64,000 nucleotides of DNA from an uncultured Candidatus Saccharibacteria bacterium (GCA_964560525.1 CAZLLO010000004.1:530-64529), one strand, 5' to 3'. Positions 18,701-28,652 are shown, counted from the first letter of the stretch. The notes: generated by a model from the letters alone, not told the origin. Numbers and translations are program-made.

Positions 18701-21700
18701 TTTGTTCCTGACACCAGCATTTGGAAGTTTGCTGCAACGCTATTTGTGTCATTTGTATTGTTTACAACGTGTTTTACAACTGTTAATTGTGGCGCAATAT
18801 CATTGTTAGTTATTGTACATACAAGATTTTCGCCTTCATTAAGTGTTACTGTGCCACCAAGTACACTTGGGCACTTTGTATCACCAGTTATTGAAACAAA
18901 TGAGTAACCGAAGAGGCCAGCTTCATTTAATGTAATTGCTTCATTAGCATTTACATTTAATGTTTGTCCTGATGTTACACTTGTTCCTCCAACTGTTAGT
19001 CCAAAGTCATTTGCTGTAGCGTTCCCTCCATGGTTGTTATTTACTATCTTTGTAAGTGTAATTGTTGGTGCAACGTCATTATTGGTTATTGTACATATCG
19101 CATCCTGCCCCTCATTTAAAATAAGAGGATTGGATAGGGTGGCACCGGTCATATAATCAACACAGCTCCACGTGCCCTCTGTATATCCAGCCAAATCTGC
19201 TTCCGAAAGCATATATGATGTGTTTGAAAGTGCGGTTGGAGTAGCGGTATATGTTGTTGTATTTCCAGATGCGGTGCCAGAATCAAAGGATAGTGCCGAA
19301 CCATTCATCTTAATATCAAAGTCTCCAATTACGGCATTACCACCATTGTCGTTAACAACATTTTTAATGACTGTTAGGGTTGGTGCAATATCATTATTAG
19401 TTATTGTACATACTGCTGTATCACCGACACTTAAAGTTATTGTGCTTCCTGTTACAGCTATTCCTCCATTCTTTACACATGACCATGGCCCTGAAGTATA
19501 TGCTGCTCCAGTGCTATTTTCATTAAGTGTGTATGTTCCAGCTTTAAATGTTGAATCACTGACAACATCTGTATGTCCTGAAGCTCCTTGTCCGCTAATA
19601 ATTCCAGCACTTCCGCCATCTGCGCTTAATGTCCAGTAGGATTCAGTTTCATTTCCATTATTATCTGTAACTAAAATCTTGTCTAAGACAAGAACAGGTG
19701 CAATATCATCATTGGTTATCGTACATGTGACATCTTCATCCAAATGAAGAGTAAGTTTATCACCTAGGAGAGACCCACCATCGCATGACCAATTACTTGC
19801 TACATATCCTGATGGACCAGATTCACTTAATGTATATTCTACTCCTGCTTTTACAGTATGAAATTCATTAGCATCTCCTTCATCCATGAATCCACCATCT
19901 GAGCCAGAGGCTGTGAGATCCCACATATGTGCAGTTTCATTCCCACCATTGTCTGTAGTTAATGTTTTAATCAATTTCAAGGTTGGAGCTATATCATTAT
20001 TTGTAATTACACAAGTATCCCCTGCATGTATATTCTCGCAATTGGAGTATGTAGTTTCATAGCCTGCATACGAAGGTTCAGTAATATCATACTGGAAACC
20101 TTCTAAGACTGTTATATCGTTAGTTCCGTCAGATTCGAATGGTATCACTGTCCCATTCTCCACTTGGAACCCAAAGCTATCTTTGTTTAGTGTTGATCCC
20201 CCATTATCATTGGTTAATATTTTAACCACATGTATTGTTCCTAGGCTTCTGGTATTTGTAAATGTACATACTAAATCTTGTCCTGAAGTTAGAATTACGG
20301 ATTGACCTTCAACAGCACCATAGCTTGTTCCATTGCATGTTAGGTTTGTTACATTGAAGTTAGCTTTTTGATCTTCAGAGATTGTGTATGTACCTGGGTT
20401 TACAGAAACGGTAGATCCTGTGGAATGATTTCCATTTCCATTGATATCCCATGTCCAATCAGTTGCACCAGTTATATCTATTACACCATCTGCATTTGTA
20501 TCTACATTCTTAAGGACAGTAATTGTTGGATATTTAACGTTTATGAAGTTATTCCCAAAATCATTTTCCCCAGGGAGTAATGTTATATCAAGATATTCAG
20601 CAGTTGGGTATATTTTGTACCAACCAGAACCAATAGTAAGAGCCTCTCTTAATTGATATGTGCCCGAAACTAGATTACTAAAGCCATACGCTCCGTTGAT
20701 ATCTGTTGTTGTTTCGTCGATTTTAATCCCATTTTTGTATAGCTCAATTGTCCAACCAAATACACCAGTTCTATCGTTAGTTGCATAGTCGCCATCTGCG
20801 TCATTGTATTTGTGTCCACCGATAGCTCCTCTCATGACATTAACGAAAGTACAAGTTACTGATTCTCCAGCTGATATATTTATTGCGGTATTTAAACTTC
20901 CATCAGTACATGAGGAGGTTGAATCCCATCCACTAACAGCATTCTCTGTTACAGAGTATGTTGCAGGTAGAAGATTTGTGAATGTTCTTGTATTTGATCC
21001 GAATACACTTCCATCATCGGTTAAGGAGAAATTTGTTAATCCTATACCCGAGGTATTGAATTCAAAAGATTGTATGCTATTTGGATTTGCATCTTTTACA
21101 ATTGTAAGTGATGCATACTTTGTATTAGTTATTGTACATATTGCACTTTGTCCATATGTTAGATTCCCGTTACATCCTGAACTGTAAGTTACATTAAAGC
21201 TACTTCCTGGGTCTACTTCTGTAATTGCATAATTAGATCCTGGGACTACAAATATTGTATTACTTCCATCTGTTTCAAATGGTACTGCTATTCCTCCATC
21301 TACCTTGTAGCTGAAGTTACTAAAAGAAGTACTATCTCCAAGCAAAACTTTTTCAATAGTTAATGTTGGGAGTTTTCGGTTTGTAATTGTACATGTTTTG
21401 GTTTCATTAATTCCGACAACAACATTCGTACATGTATTTGAAGTTTGACCCCATCCGGCAGGTACAGTTTCTGTAACAGAATATGTTCCTGCTGATACAG
21501 AATAGTCTTTATCTGTAGAATCTGAGATTGTTCCAGTTGTAACACCAAATATTGCGCCTGCTGATGCAGAGGCATTAATGTCAAATAACGTTGTATCTCC
21601 TGCAGGTAACGTTGTTTTTTGTACTATCAAATGGCTTCTTGAGATACCATTGTAGTAGCTAGTATCACTTGCAGAGAGAGTACCACTTGTGACGGTTGCA

Positions 21701-23532
21701 GTATTTGTAAATTGTCCAGCCATTACAGTACCTGATGCGGTACATGTCATTGAAGCCCCAGATGCAAGTGATGTGCTTGGACATGTTATTGTTTCTGCAG
21801 GATTATCCGTTACAGTGATGTTGTTTAATGTTGTATTCCCAGTATTCTGTACTACATATTGCCATGTTACAGAATCTCCGACATAGAGATTGTCTCCAGG
21901 AGCTGCAGTAATATCTTGATTGTTTGTCTTTTTAATAATACTGATTGCAGGTCTTTCTACTAATACTGAAGAAAGGTGACCAACCAAAAATGCCGAGTTG
22001 TCTTTTTGTTCCTCAGTTATGAATGCAGAGAGTGCTGATCCACTTGGGTACTCACTAACAAAACCATCAATAACTAATGTATATTGAACATCATCAATTA
22101 CAAATACTTGTGTACCATAACTGTTTGGGAATGTGACTTTGTCATCACATGGTGTGCCTGATATTTGGTAGGCAGGACAGTAGTATATGTTTCCATTAGA
22201 AGTTTCTTCTATTGCGAAACCATATGTTAAAACTTGGTTTGCAATATCTGGTCTATTAAAATCTAGTGTTATTTGTAATGTTGCACCTGTAGCGGCTGTA
22301 CCGGCCTGTGTTCCCCAGTTCATGTGGGTGAGCATACCGAGATAGAAGGTGTTTCCTTCGTTAAATGACTGTGCTCCACTATTTGTAAATTTTAATCCAC
22401 TCTTGGTTGATCCAGCTGGGGTTCCCCACCTTATTTCATTTGTATTTATTCCACTGTAACCACTTCCACCAGATATTGATGTCCATATTCCTGTAACGGA
22501 GGTCATAGCATATTTATCTAAAGGATTGTCTACTAGGACAGGAGGTGTTATTGGAATAGAGTAGTGTACTTTTACTTGCAAAGCATCTAATGAAGCAGTA
22601 CTTCCACCGCTTGTTGCGTCAACTTTTACCTTAAAGCTTGTGTTAAAATCACTTACTGTCCAAGTCTCTCCCCATAAATCAGAGATGCTTCCAAGTGTAA
22701 TTGTTGTATCTGAGCTAGTAAGTGATGTTGTTTTTGTAGAAGAATATGAATCAGGAATGCTGTTTGATTGATTCCACAGAGAAACATCAAAATTCCTTCC
22801 GCCAGTTTTTCCTTCTAAGAATACCTCAATACCCGTGATTGTAGCGTTTGAAGGTATAGATATGTCTGGGAAACTGTATTCAGCATAATCATTACTACTG
22901 TCAAAGGTAGCATATTGATTATCAGAAACCCATCCATTATTGTATGTTCCAACGCTGTTATTATTTTCAGTTTTATCTGCAGAGACTAAAATAAAGAGTG
23001 TGAAGTGATTCAAGTCCTCAACCTTAACAGTATTTCCTTGATCTACAACAGGATTACTAACCTCTTGAACATTATCCAATAACTCACTTCTATTCTCAGC
23101 ATATACAACCTTTGTATTATTAGAACTAGAAGGAAGTGTTAAGTCATATTCAAAAGTACCATCCATCATACTAGTATTAATATCATATGCCTTGTTTGAT
23201 ACAGCTCCTGTAGCATCTACCTCTTCATTTGTAAGAGTGATTTCATTAATGGATAGGGTAGAGGGATTTGAAGGAAGTTTTGTGAATGTCACAGTAACAT
23301 CACTATTTTGTGGAGCAACATAGGTCTCTCCTAAAACAACAACATTGGATGTAACTGGGGGATTCCCATTTGTAATCCATGTGGGATCTGAAATTCCAAC
23401 ATCAAGAATATCTTGGCTATTATCCGTAGAGATGAGATCATCTATAGCCATTACAGATGGTGCAAATGAATAACAGGTAAGAATAACAGAAGTAAATATC
23501 TTCCCAATCACGCTCAAAGATTTCTTTTTCAT
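15694..23532 (-). CDS. Giant cell-surface repeat protein (2612 aa as one ORF): N-terminal signal peptide, many about 100-aa Ig-like/CnaB/DUF11-type repeats, LPDTG sorting signal at codons ~2272-2303, then an in-frame C-terminal 309-aa module with its own signal peptide and TM anchor
   Basis: Uninterrupted minus-strand ORF. Signal peptide MKKKSLSVIGKIFTSVILTCYSFAPSVMA. Repeats end in ...CTITNNDIAP(T/Q/V)L. One SdrD-B/CnaB-like unit (GGHKYNDADGDYATNDRTGVFGWTIELYKNG). LPDTG + hydrophobic stretch + KKK at 16624-16719. Confidence 0.75.
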   Translation of the reverse strand: MKKKSLSVIGKIFTSVILTCYSFAPSVMAIDDLISTDNSQDILDVGISDPTWITNGNPPVTSNVVVLGETYVAPQNSDVTVTFTKLPSNPSTLSINEITLTNEEVDATGAVSNKAYDINTSMMDGTFEYDLTLPSSSNNTKVVYAENRSELLDNVQEVSNPVVDQGNTVKVEDLNHFTLFILVSADKTENNNSVGTYNNGWVSDNQYATFDSSNDYAEYSFPDISIPSNATITGIEVFLEGKTGGRNFDVSLWNQSNSIPDSYSSTKTTSLTSSDTTITLGSISDLWGETWTVSDFNTSFKVKVDATSGGSTASLDALQVKVHYSIPITPPVLVDNPLDKYAMTSVTGIWTSISGGSGYSGINTNEIRWGTPAGSTKSGLKFTNSGAQSFNEGNTFYLGMLTHMNWGTQAGTAATGATLQITLDFNRPDIANQVLTYGFAIEETSNGNIYYCPAYQISGTPCDDKVTFPNSYGTQVFVIDDVQYTLVIDGFVSEYPSGSALSAFITEEQKDNSAFLVGHLSSVLVERPAISIIKKTNNQDITAAPGDNLYVGDSVTWQYVVQNTGNTTLNNITVTDNPAETITCPSTSLASGASMTCTASGTVMAGQFTNTATVTSGTLSASDTSYYNGISRSHLIVQKTTLPAGDTTLFDINASASAGAIFGVTTGTISDSTDKDYSVSAGTYSVTETVPAGWGQTSNTCTNVVVGINETKTCTITNRKLPTLTIEKVLLGDSTSFSNFSYKVDGGIAVPFETDGSNTIFVVPGSNYAITEVDPGSSFNVTYSSGCNGNLTYGQSAICTITNTKYASLTIVKDANPNSIQSFEFNTSGIGLTNFSLTDDGSVFGSNTRTFTNLLPATYSVTENAVSGWDSTSSCTDGSLNTAINISAGESVTCTFVNVMRGAIGGHKYNDADGDYATNDRTGVFGWTIELYKNGIKIDETTTDINGAYGFSNLVSGTYQLREALTIGSGWYKIYPTAEYLDITLLPGENDFGNNFINVKYPTITVLKNVDTNADGVIDITGATDWTWDINGNGNHSTGSTVSVNPGTYTISEDQKANFNVTNLTCNGTSYGAVEGQSVILTSGQDLVCTFTNTRSLGTIHVVKILTNDNGGSTLNKDSFGFQVENGTVIPFESDGTNDITVLEGFQYDITEPSYAGYETTYSNCENIHAGDTCVITNNDIAPTLKLIKTLTTDNGGNETAHMWDLTASGSDGGFMDEGDANEFHTVKAGVEYTLSESGPSGYVASNWSCDGGSLLGDKLTLHLDEDVTCTITNDDIAPVLVLDKILVTDNNGNETESYWTLSADGGSAGIISGQGASGHTDVVSDSTFKAGTYTLNENSTGAAYTSGPWSCVKNGGIAVTGSTITLSVGDTAVCTITNNDIAPTLTVIKNVVNDNGGNAVIGDFDIKMNGSALSFDSGTASGNTTTYTATPTALSNTSYMLSEADLAGYTEGTWSCVDYMTGATLSNPLILNEGQDAICTITNNDVAPTITLTKIVNNNHGGNATANDFGLTVGGTSVTSGQTLNVNANEAITLNEAGLFGYSFVSITGDTKCPSVLGGTVTLNEGENLVCTITNNDIAPQLTVVKHVVNNTNDTNSVAANFQMLVSGTNVSNPSFAGSEAGTTLTLNAGSYNVTELYNTSNYTQSIGNNCSGTIGIGESKTCTITNTDIDHFPTIEVNKTANDNDIPETGQNVTFTYTVKNTSSESVNITYLNDSVFGTLDGNDTCKVGTTLAQNASCSFTLTKFISGDAGSADHENVFVVEAQDDETNTTGNHDNEVISFYNVNPDITVTKTASVESVPETGADVLFTFTIQNNTAESVMIMDLVDDKFGDLTGDLDCNVGTVLAGNSSCSFEHTFSVPAGVAPAIHTNVFTATVMDDEENTDSASATANVSLTYVPTLKLVKSVENAYNSDGFSSNWILSATGDRYGFSAVGDEGAFHVVTPRQTYTLSEEGPDGFTASQWSCDKEGVLNGNVVTLAPEDDVTCTITNTAQPGTITVYKDVVNADYIGEGVYSDTEFNVTLNNDLTNIQTISDTNDASNNKVATFSNLDAGPYSINELEKDGFLSLGCHVINERPSLMGTGTFYVGNGENIEVVCTNRIIVPELQIAKANNAGGVSLVAGSNVLYTLIVTAPESQDDGGNYIIENVKVVDLPPAGIKYQVGSWTAISNIRGNLKAQSITTEPTYASPGKWNLGKMLEGEVITLTYVGNISDTLDAGKYKDLAWTEGVTLTDNRTLGSAATGFFASTDVNITEPVEQGQVLGITDEQTLPDTGASTILTIGAICTMLLGLAFIIFSPKKKMMKVLGLLVVALVGITSLVMPTRAYADSGDLAVEIEQPKTPYSESSFEVGFVALDIQSRSITVQCYETTHGAFGPEYTLNTIGNSGNCVVDSSVVTSDGTYEFYVVAKAGADEVTSDKVSVIIDLVEPSPVLNYTKTTASCTNNLEFTTANDGQTAKVQIFRSDKATFTADSSTLIKEIVAGPNQLVTYSDTQPVCGQTYFYAVRALDVADNTSTFVTDKTVVVTIVPATPTTPVTPTVVPVEEVKGTETTEDNTDTNTNEEVKGVTDEETQSNVWSWLKYVLIGVGAITIISISYVYARKRNRGNEIK
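16624..16719 (-). other. LPXTG sortase sorting signal (LPDTG, 22-residue hydrophobic segment, KKK) internal to the giant ORF, followed directly by ATG ATG
   Basis: Codons CTC CCA GAT ACA GGT ... AGT CCG AAA AAG AAA ATG ATG AAA GTT read directly from the reverse complement of 16561-16719. Confidence 0.65.
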
Positions 23533-23734
23533 GAATCTTCAAGTTCCTCTAAATTTATATCTAGCGGAAGTTTTCCTTTGAAATAGTCGCCGCAAAACCT
23601 CTCTGTGCAGATCGGTTTCGCCATTAGCTCCACTTGATTTATATAGCGACCAAAACGAAATCAAGTATCATCGCCCCTGCCCCATAATAATATATCTTTT
23701 GGAAGTATGAAGTCAATATCCCCTTAAAAGTGAA

Positions 23735-25915
23735 CTATTGGTGAACTATAATTAACCTGTGCAATGCTCTAGTCATTCCCACGTATAACAATCTCCATGT
23801 TAATTCTGTATCAGGATATAGATCCTGATTAATATCCATAATGATGACAGAATCAAATTCTAGACCCTTTGCTTGTTCAATTGGTAATATCAATACCCCT
23901 TGCTTATAGTCACTTTCAGAGTAATTAACAATATCTCTCTGTATCTCCCCCTCATATTCTTTTAATATTGTGTAAATATCTTGTGCGTGGTTTTTATCCC
24001 TACAAAGTATTGCGCAAGTAACAGCTCCTTTTTCAAATTGCGTTTTAATATCTTCTACTATCTTATGTACCTCTTTCGTAGAACAATTTTTAAATGTAGT
24101 AGGTAGTGTGATCTCCTTAACTTCTTCACCATGTCTTAATACTGCTTCAGGTAATTTATATCCATGTGGAAACTTATCTTTAAATATATTATTAGCGTAA
24201 TCTATAATTTCAACAGTTGTTCTATAACATCTCTGAAGTTGATGGAAAGAGGCTGTCTTTTGTGTGATTGTTTTGACCAATTCTATAACCCCTTGCCAAT
24301 CTCTAATGTAAAAAGGAGGAATGATTGATTGTGCTAAATCACCTGCAATTGTAATATTCCCACTCTTAGCCACCTTGAGTAATGTTGCTAGTTGTATGTA
24401 GCTAATATCTTGTGCTTCATCAACCATAATGTGGTCTCTCTCCATGAATTTTGTTCCGTATATTTTTTGATGCAAATATACCATTGGAGCTAGATCTTCA
24501 ATTCGGTAATATGATGTCCTTCCAGAATTAGTTAATGCTTTTGTAGAATAGCTTTTGCAGTCAGAGCTAAGAAGGTCTGTTTTGAATAACTTCTTGTAGA
24601 GGGTATATATATTTACATTTTTATTAAAGTATCCAAGTATTTCTTTTCTTCTTTCGCTATCATCGTTGAAGTAGGTGTCTACATATCCAGTTTTTGCCTG
24701 TTCAAACTGTTTTGCTGCGAATGCATAATCTACAGAAAGTCCAAGCCTTTCTTCCATATCTATATTGGGGAACTCATTTTTTAATTCATAATATCTTCTT
24801 CGGATTCTTTCTTTCCTAGAATAGGGGATGTTCTCTAGTAAATTGGATTCAAATTCTTCAAAATATTTATCCAATATATTCAAAAATTCTATACTACCCT
24901 TAAATTCTTTTATTCTTAAATCATCTGCTAGTGGAGATATGATGAAGTTATCATTCCAACCTAACGCTCGTTTGCCCCAGAAGAGATAGGTTTGGGTATC
25001 TACTCTTTCTACTCCAAGATCAGGTAATACATCTGAGACATAATCTATGAACATTTGGTTAGGTGCGATTATGAGGGAGTTCTCGGGTGTGATAGTCTGT
25101 TTATGTGCATAGAAGAGGTAAGCAAGTCTATGAAGGAGAATTGTGGTCTTACCACTTCCTGCTACTCCTTGTATTATCACAGGTTTATTTATCTCTTCTC
25201 TAATGATCTCATTCTGTTGTGCTTGTATAGTTGAAACAATATCTTGGAGCTTCTGACCTAATCTTTCGTTTAGTTGTGCTAGTAAGAATTCATCTGCAGC
25301 AACATTTCCTGACTTAGCATCGTATATTCCTTTGATTCTAGCTCTTGATATTTGAAACTGTCTTTTTTGCTGTAAATCACCGTTTCTTTGACCTATTGGT
25401 GCTACAAAAGATACGTTTTTCGTTGGTCCTGAATTTTCGTAATAGAGGTTTGCAATTGGTGCTCTCCAATCGGTAATAATTGGAATATGAGTTTCCTCAT
25501 CCATCAAGGCAAATTTACCGATATAGAGGATCAGGGACTTTTTAGTAGAACTATCGTATGGGAGAAAGACTATCTTCCCAAAGTATGGAGAATCAAGTGC
25601 TATTAACTCGGAATTTATCCTATCTACTAACTGGTTAATTTGCTTTAGAAGTTGGTTGTATACACCCTTGGCGGCTTTAATATCGTCTTCACCACTTTCC
25701 ATATTTATGATATCTATCTGATGCTCAAGCTCTATCTCTAATTTCTCTAATCTAGGAATTAATTGCTTGATGAGGAGAACTTTTCTTTTAGTAACCTCTT
25801 GTAATCTAGGATATTCTTCTTGCTCTAATGTGGAGGGATTTGTAATGTCTGAAAAAGAAGCCACTTCGTCCAGATCCTTGTACAAAGGATTTAGATATTT
25901 TTTGAATGTTTGCAT
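23735..25915 (-). CDS. UvrD/Rep-type superfamily 1 DNA helicase, HelD-like
   Basis: Walker A IIQGVAGSGKTTILLHRLAYL, DEAQD box (IMVDEAQDISY), C-terminal motif VGMTRALHRLIIV. Length and N-terminal extension resemble HelD. Confidence 0.65.
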   Translation of the reverse strand: MQTFKKYLNPLYKDLDEVASFSDITNPSTLEQEEYPRLQEVTKRKVLLIKQLIPRLEKLEIELEHQIDIINMESGEDDIKAAKGVYNQLLKQINQLVDRINSELIALDSPYFGKIVFLPYDSSTKKSLILYIGKFALMDEETHIPIITDWRAPIANLYYENSGPTKNVSFVAPIGQRNGDLQQKRQFQISRARIKGIYDAKSGNVAADEFLLAQLNERLGQKLQDIVSTIQAQQNEIIREEINKPVIIQGVAGSGKTTILLHRLAYLFYAHKQTITPENSLIIAPNQMFIDYVSDVLPDLGVERVDTQTYLFWGKRALGWNDNFIISPLADDLRIKEFKGSIEFLNILDKYFEEFESNLLENIPYSRKERIRRRYYELKNEFPNIDMEERLGLSVDYAFAAKQFEQAKTGYVDTYFNDDSERRKEILGYFNKNVNIYTLYKKLFKTDLLSSDCKSYSTKALTNSGRTSYYRIEDLAPMVYLHQKIYGTKFMERDHIMVDEAQDISYIQLATLLKVAKSGNITIAGDLAQSIIPPFYIRDWQGVIELVKTITQKTASFHQLQRCYRTTVEIIDYANNIFKDKFPHGYKLPEAVLRHGEEVKEITLPTTFKNCSTKEVHKIVEDIKTQFEKGAVTCAILCRDKNHAQDIYTILKEYEGEIQRDIVNYSESDYKQGVLILPIEQAKGLEFDSVIIMDINQDLYPDTELTWRLLYVGMTRALHRLIIVHQ

Positions 25916-26003
25916 TTGGAATTTCGGCTTTAGAAATTACAGCCCGAAATGATACAAAATATACTAGGGTAAGTCAAATATTTTGTGATATATTATTATC
26001 TAT

Positions 26004-26567
26004 ATGAGTAATCAATTGAAGCTTTTGATATATATTGTTTTTGTAGTCGCTATATTTTTCTTTGTACAAACAAAATTTCATATATTCAATATCTCTGTTA
26101 TAGATCCTAACAAGACATCGACAGAAGAAAATAATGATGTACAAAGTGGGAATACTGCAAGTATAGATGCGGAAGTTGGGAATAGTGTTGAAATTATAAC
26201 TGGAGGAAATACTTCTGTTAAAATTAATGTTGAATTAGCACAAACAGCTACAGAGAAATCGACTGGATTATCTTTTAGAAAATACCTTGGGGATTATGAT
26301 GGAATGCTCTTTGTATATGATTCTGAAGTGACTACGCCTTTCTGGATGAAGGATATGCAAATGCCGTTGGATATGATTTTCTTAGATGATCAGAATTTCG
26401 TTGTTGATATAAAGGGGAGCCAAGCACCGTGTACTGCCACATATTGTCCTTCAATATATTCTTCACAACCATATAAGTATGTTTTAGAGGTTAATTCTGG
26501 ATTTTGTGAGAGGAATAGTATTACCATTGGTAATAGTATGGTGTTGTACTTGAAATCTGTTAATTAG
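26004..26567 (+). CDS. DUF192 (UPF0127) domain protein with N-terminal membrane anchor
   Basis: TM anchor then DGMLFVYDSEVTTPFWMKDMQMPLDMIFLDDQNFVVD, matching the DUF192 core. Confidence 0.6.
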   Translation: MSNQLKLLIYIVFVVAIFFFVQTKFHIFNISVIDPNKTSTEENNDVQSGNTASIDAEVGNSVEIITGGNTSVKINVELAQTATEKSTGLSFRKYLGDYDGMLFVYDSEVTTPFWMKDMQMPLDMIFLDDQNFVVDIKGSQAPCTATYCPSIYSSQPYKYVLEVNSGFCERNSITIGNSMVLYLKSVN

Positions 26568-28093
26568 GTGGTTCTGACCAAGGATTGGCCATTCATTTCT
26601 GTAGGTTTGATTACTCCCATAATATCCAAAATCGTAGGAGCTATATCCTTTAGTGAGCCGTAGGGTAGGAAACGGTTAGTAATATTTGTTCCTGCTATTA
26701 TGCATGGTACAGGATTTAAGGAATGCTCAGTATCTACGGATCCATTCTCAAGGTTTATCATCTCTTCTACATTTCCATGATCTGCAGTTATAATTACAGC
26801 ACCACCCTGGCTTAGGAATAGATTTACTAGCTCATGTACACAGTAGTCTACGGTTTGAACTGCTTTAACTCCAGCATTTAGTACTCCTGAATGTCCTACC
26901 ATATCGGCATTTGCAAAATTTACTAGTATGAAGTCATATGCCTTACTAGAGATCCTTTGTCCGAGTACATTCAATATTTCTAGTGCACTCATCTCAGGTT
27001 TCAAGTCATAGGTTGCTACCTGTGGTGAAGGTATGGCTATCTGATCTTCGTTTGCATATATAACGGATGCACCACCATTGAAGAAATAGGTTACATGGGG
27101 GAATTTTTCTGTCTCTGCGATTCTTAATTGTCTGAGTCCTACAGAATCTATAACTTTACCAAGGGGTAGATTTACGTATTGTTTTGGGAAGAGAACTACA
27201 GTGGGAAAACCTTTGCTATATTCAACCATCCCTGCAAAGTACAGATTTTGTATAGGATCATGCTTGAATGCTGAGAAATTAGGATCTGCGAAGGCTTGAG
27301 AGAGTTGTAATGCCCTGTCTGGTCTGAAGTTTAGCATTATTACTGCATCGTTAGTTTTGATTTTACTATCATTGACTACAATTGGTTCCATAAATTCATC
27401 TGTGACACCTTTGGAATAATACGTATCAATAGCCTGTCCATAGCTTGTGAATTTCTCCCCAATATTTCTTGTTAGAAGATAGTACGCCCTTTCTGTCCTA
27501 TCCCATTGATTATTCCTATCCATTGCAAAATATCTACCAACAATTGTCCCTATCTTCCCAATACCTCTATCCAGGCAGTATTTATCTATATCTGTTAAAT
27601 ACTGGAGTGCGTTATTAGTTGGGGTATCTCTTCCATCTGTGAAAGCATGTATGTATATATTTCCCTCAAAATTTGCTTTTGCAAAAAAATCCAATACAGC
27701 TTTGAAGTGGTCTATATGTGAGTGTACAGAGCCATCACTTAGCAAACCCATGAGGTGTATATCGCTATTATTTCTTAATGCATGGGCTAACGCTCCTTTT
27801 AAAGCATCGTTATTGAGAAGCAATCCTTTTTGTATTGCATTGTTTATTCTTGGAAACGTTTGTGCAACAACATTACCAGCACCAAGGTTAAGATGTCCAA
27901 CCTCACTGTTACCTCTAACATTTTTAGGTAAACCAACGGCTTCTCCTGAGGCTAATAAATATGTGTGAGGATATATGTTCCAAAGGGTCGAAAGATTCTG
28001 TGGATTTGCTAAAGTAACTGCATTCCCTTGATTTTTAGGAGCAGCACCTAGACCGTCTAATATTATTAACAGGACTTTTTGTTTTACTTTCAT
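26564..28093 (-). CDS. gpmI: 2,3-bisphosphoglycerate-independent phosphoglycerate mutase
   Basis: N-terminus VLLIILDGLGAAPKNQGNAV...RGNSEVGHLNLGAG and iPGM length. Confidence 0.85.
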   Translation of the reverse strand: MKVKQKVLLIILDGLGAAPKNQGNAVTLANPQNLSTLWNIYPHTYLLASGEAVGLPKNVRGNSEVGHLNLGAGNVVAQTFPRINNAIQKGLLLNNDALKGALAHALRNNSDIHLMGLLSDGSVHSHIDHFKAVLDFFAKANFEGNIYIHAFTDGRDTPTNNALQYLTDIDKYCLDRGIGKIGTIVGRYFAMDRNNQWDRTERAYYLLTRNIGEKFTSYGQAIDTYYSKGVTDEFMEPIVVNDSKIKTNDAVIMLNFRPDRALQLSQAFADPNFSAFKHDPIQNLYFAGMVEYSKGFPTVVLFPKQYVNLPLGKVIDSVGLRQLRIAETEKFPHVTYFFNGGASVIYANEDQIAIPSPQVATYDLKPEMSALEILNVLGQRISSKAYDFILVNFANADMVGHSGVLNAGVKAVQTVDYCVHELVNLFLSQGGAVIITADHGNVEEMINLENGSVDTEHSLNPVPCIIAGTNITNRFLPYGSLKDIAPTILDIMGVIKPTEMNGQSLVRTT

Positions 28094-28172
28094 GGGCAGT
28101 TATAAATATATTCTGGCATATTTTCGAAATTTATTCTATAATCACACCTGGTTTAAATATTAATACAGAAAA

Positions 28173-28631
28173 ATGGATAAAAATATATTAAAAAACATAG
28201 AAGAGAGTCTGCTACAAAAGAGACCTGATGTTATGGTAGGTGACACTGTTAAGTTATACATGAAGGTTAAGGAAGGTGCAAAGGAAAGAATACAGATGTA
28301 TGAGGGTGTTGTTATTGCTATCAATGGTAGCGGTATTAATACCAATATTACAGTAAGGAAGATTTCTTACGGTATTGGTGTTGAAAAGATTGTTCCTTTA
28401 CATTCTCCTGTTTTAAGTAAGATTGAGATTGTTAAAAGAGGTACAGTTAGAAGATCAAAGCTATATTTCTTGAGAGATAGGGTTGGAAAGAGAGCTTTGA
28501 AGATTAACAAGATTAAGGATGTCTTTATGACGGATGAGGTTGAGGTTCCTGAGGTTGGAGAAGCTTCTACAGAAGAAGTTGTTACAGAGACACCTGTTGA
28601 AGAGGTAGTTGAAGAAAAGACAGAAGCTTAG
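28173..28631 (+). CDS. rplS: 50S ribosomal protein L19 with acidic C-terminal extension
   Basis: RPDVMVGDTVKLYMKVKEGAKERIQMYEGVVIAINGSGINTNITVRKISYGIGVEKIVPLHSP...KRGTVRRSKLYFLRDRVGKRA. Confidence 0.85.
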   Translation: MDKNILKNIEESLLQKRPDVMVGDTVKLYMKVKEGAKERIQMYEGVVIAINGSGINTNITVRKISYGIGVEKIVPLHSPVLSKIEIVKRGTVRRSKLYFLRDRVGKRALKINKIKDVFMTDEVEVPEVGEASTEEVVTETPVEEVVEEKTEA

Positions 28632-28652
28632 TATTATTAAAAATACTACTGC

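Noticed and set aside
15808-21886. Numerous 60-190-aa plus-strand ORFs inside the giant adhesin gene
   Set aside because: They are antisense to a continuous 7.8-kb coding frame of repetitive sequence. They have low-complexity translations and no independent signals.
16000-23000. CRISPR array or non-coding tandem repeat interpretation of the repetitive DNA
   Set aside because: The periodicity is about 300 bp and protein-coding (domain repeats), not short direct repeats with unique spacers. No cas genes are present.
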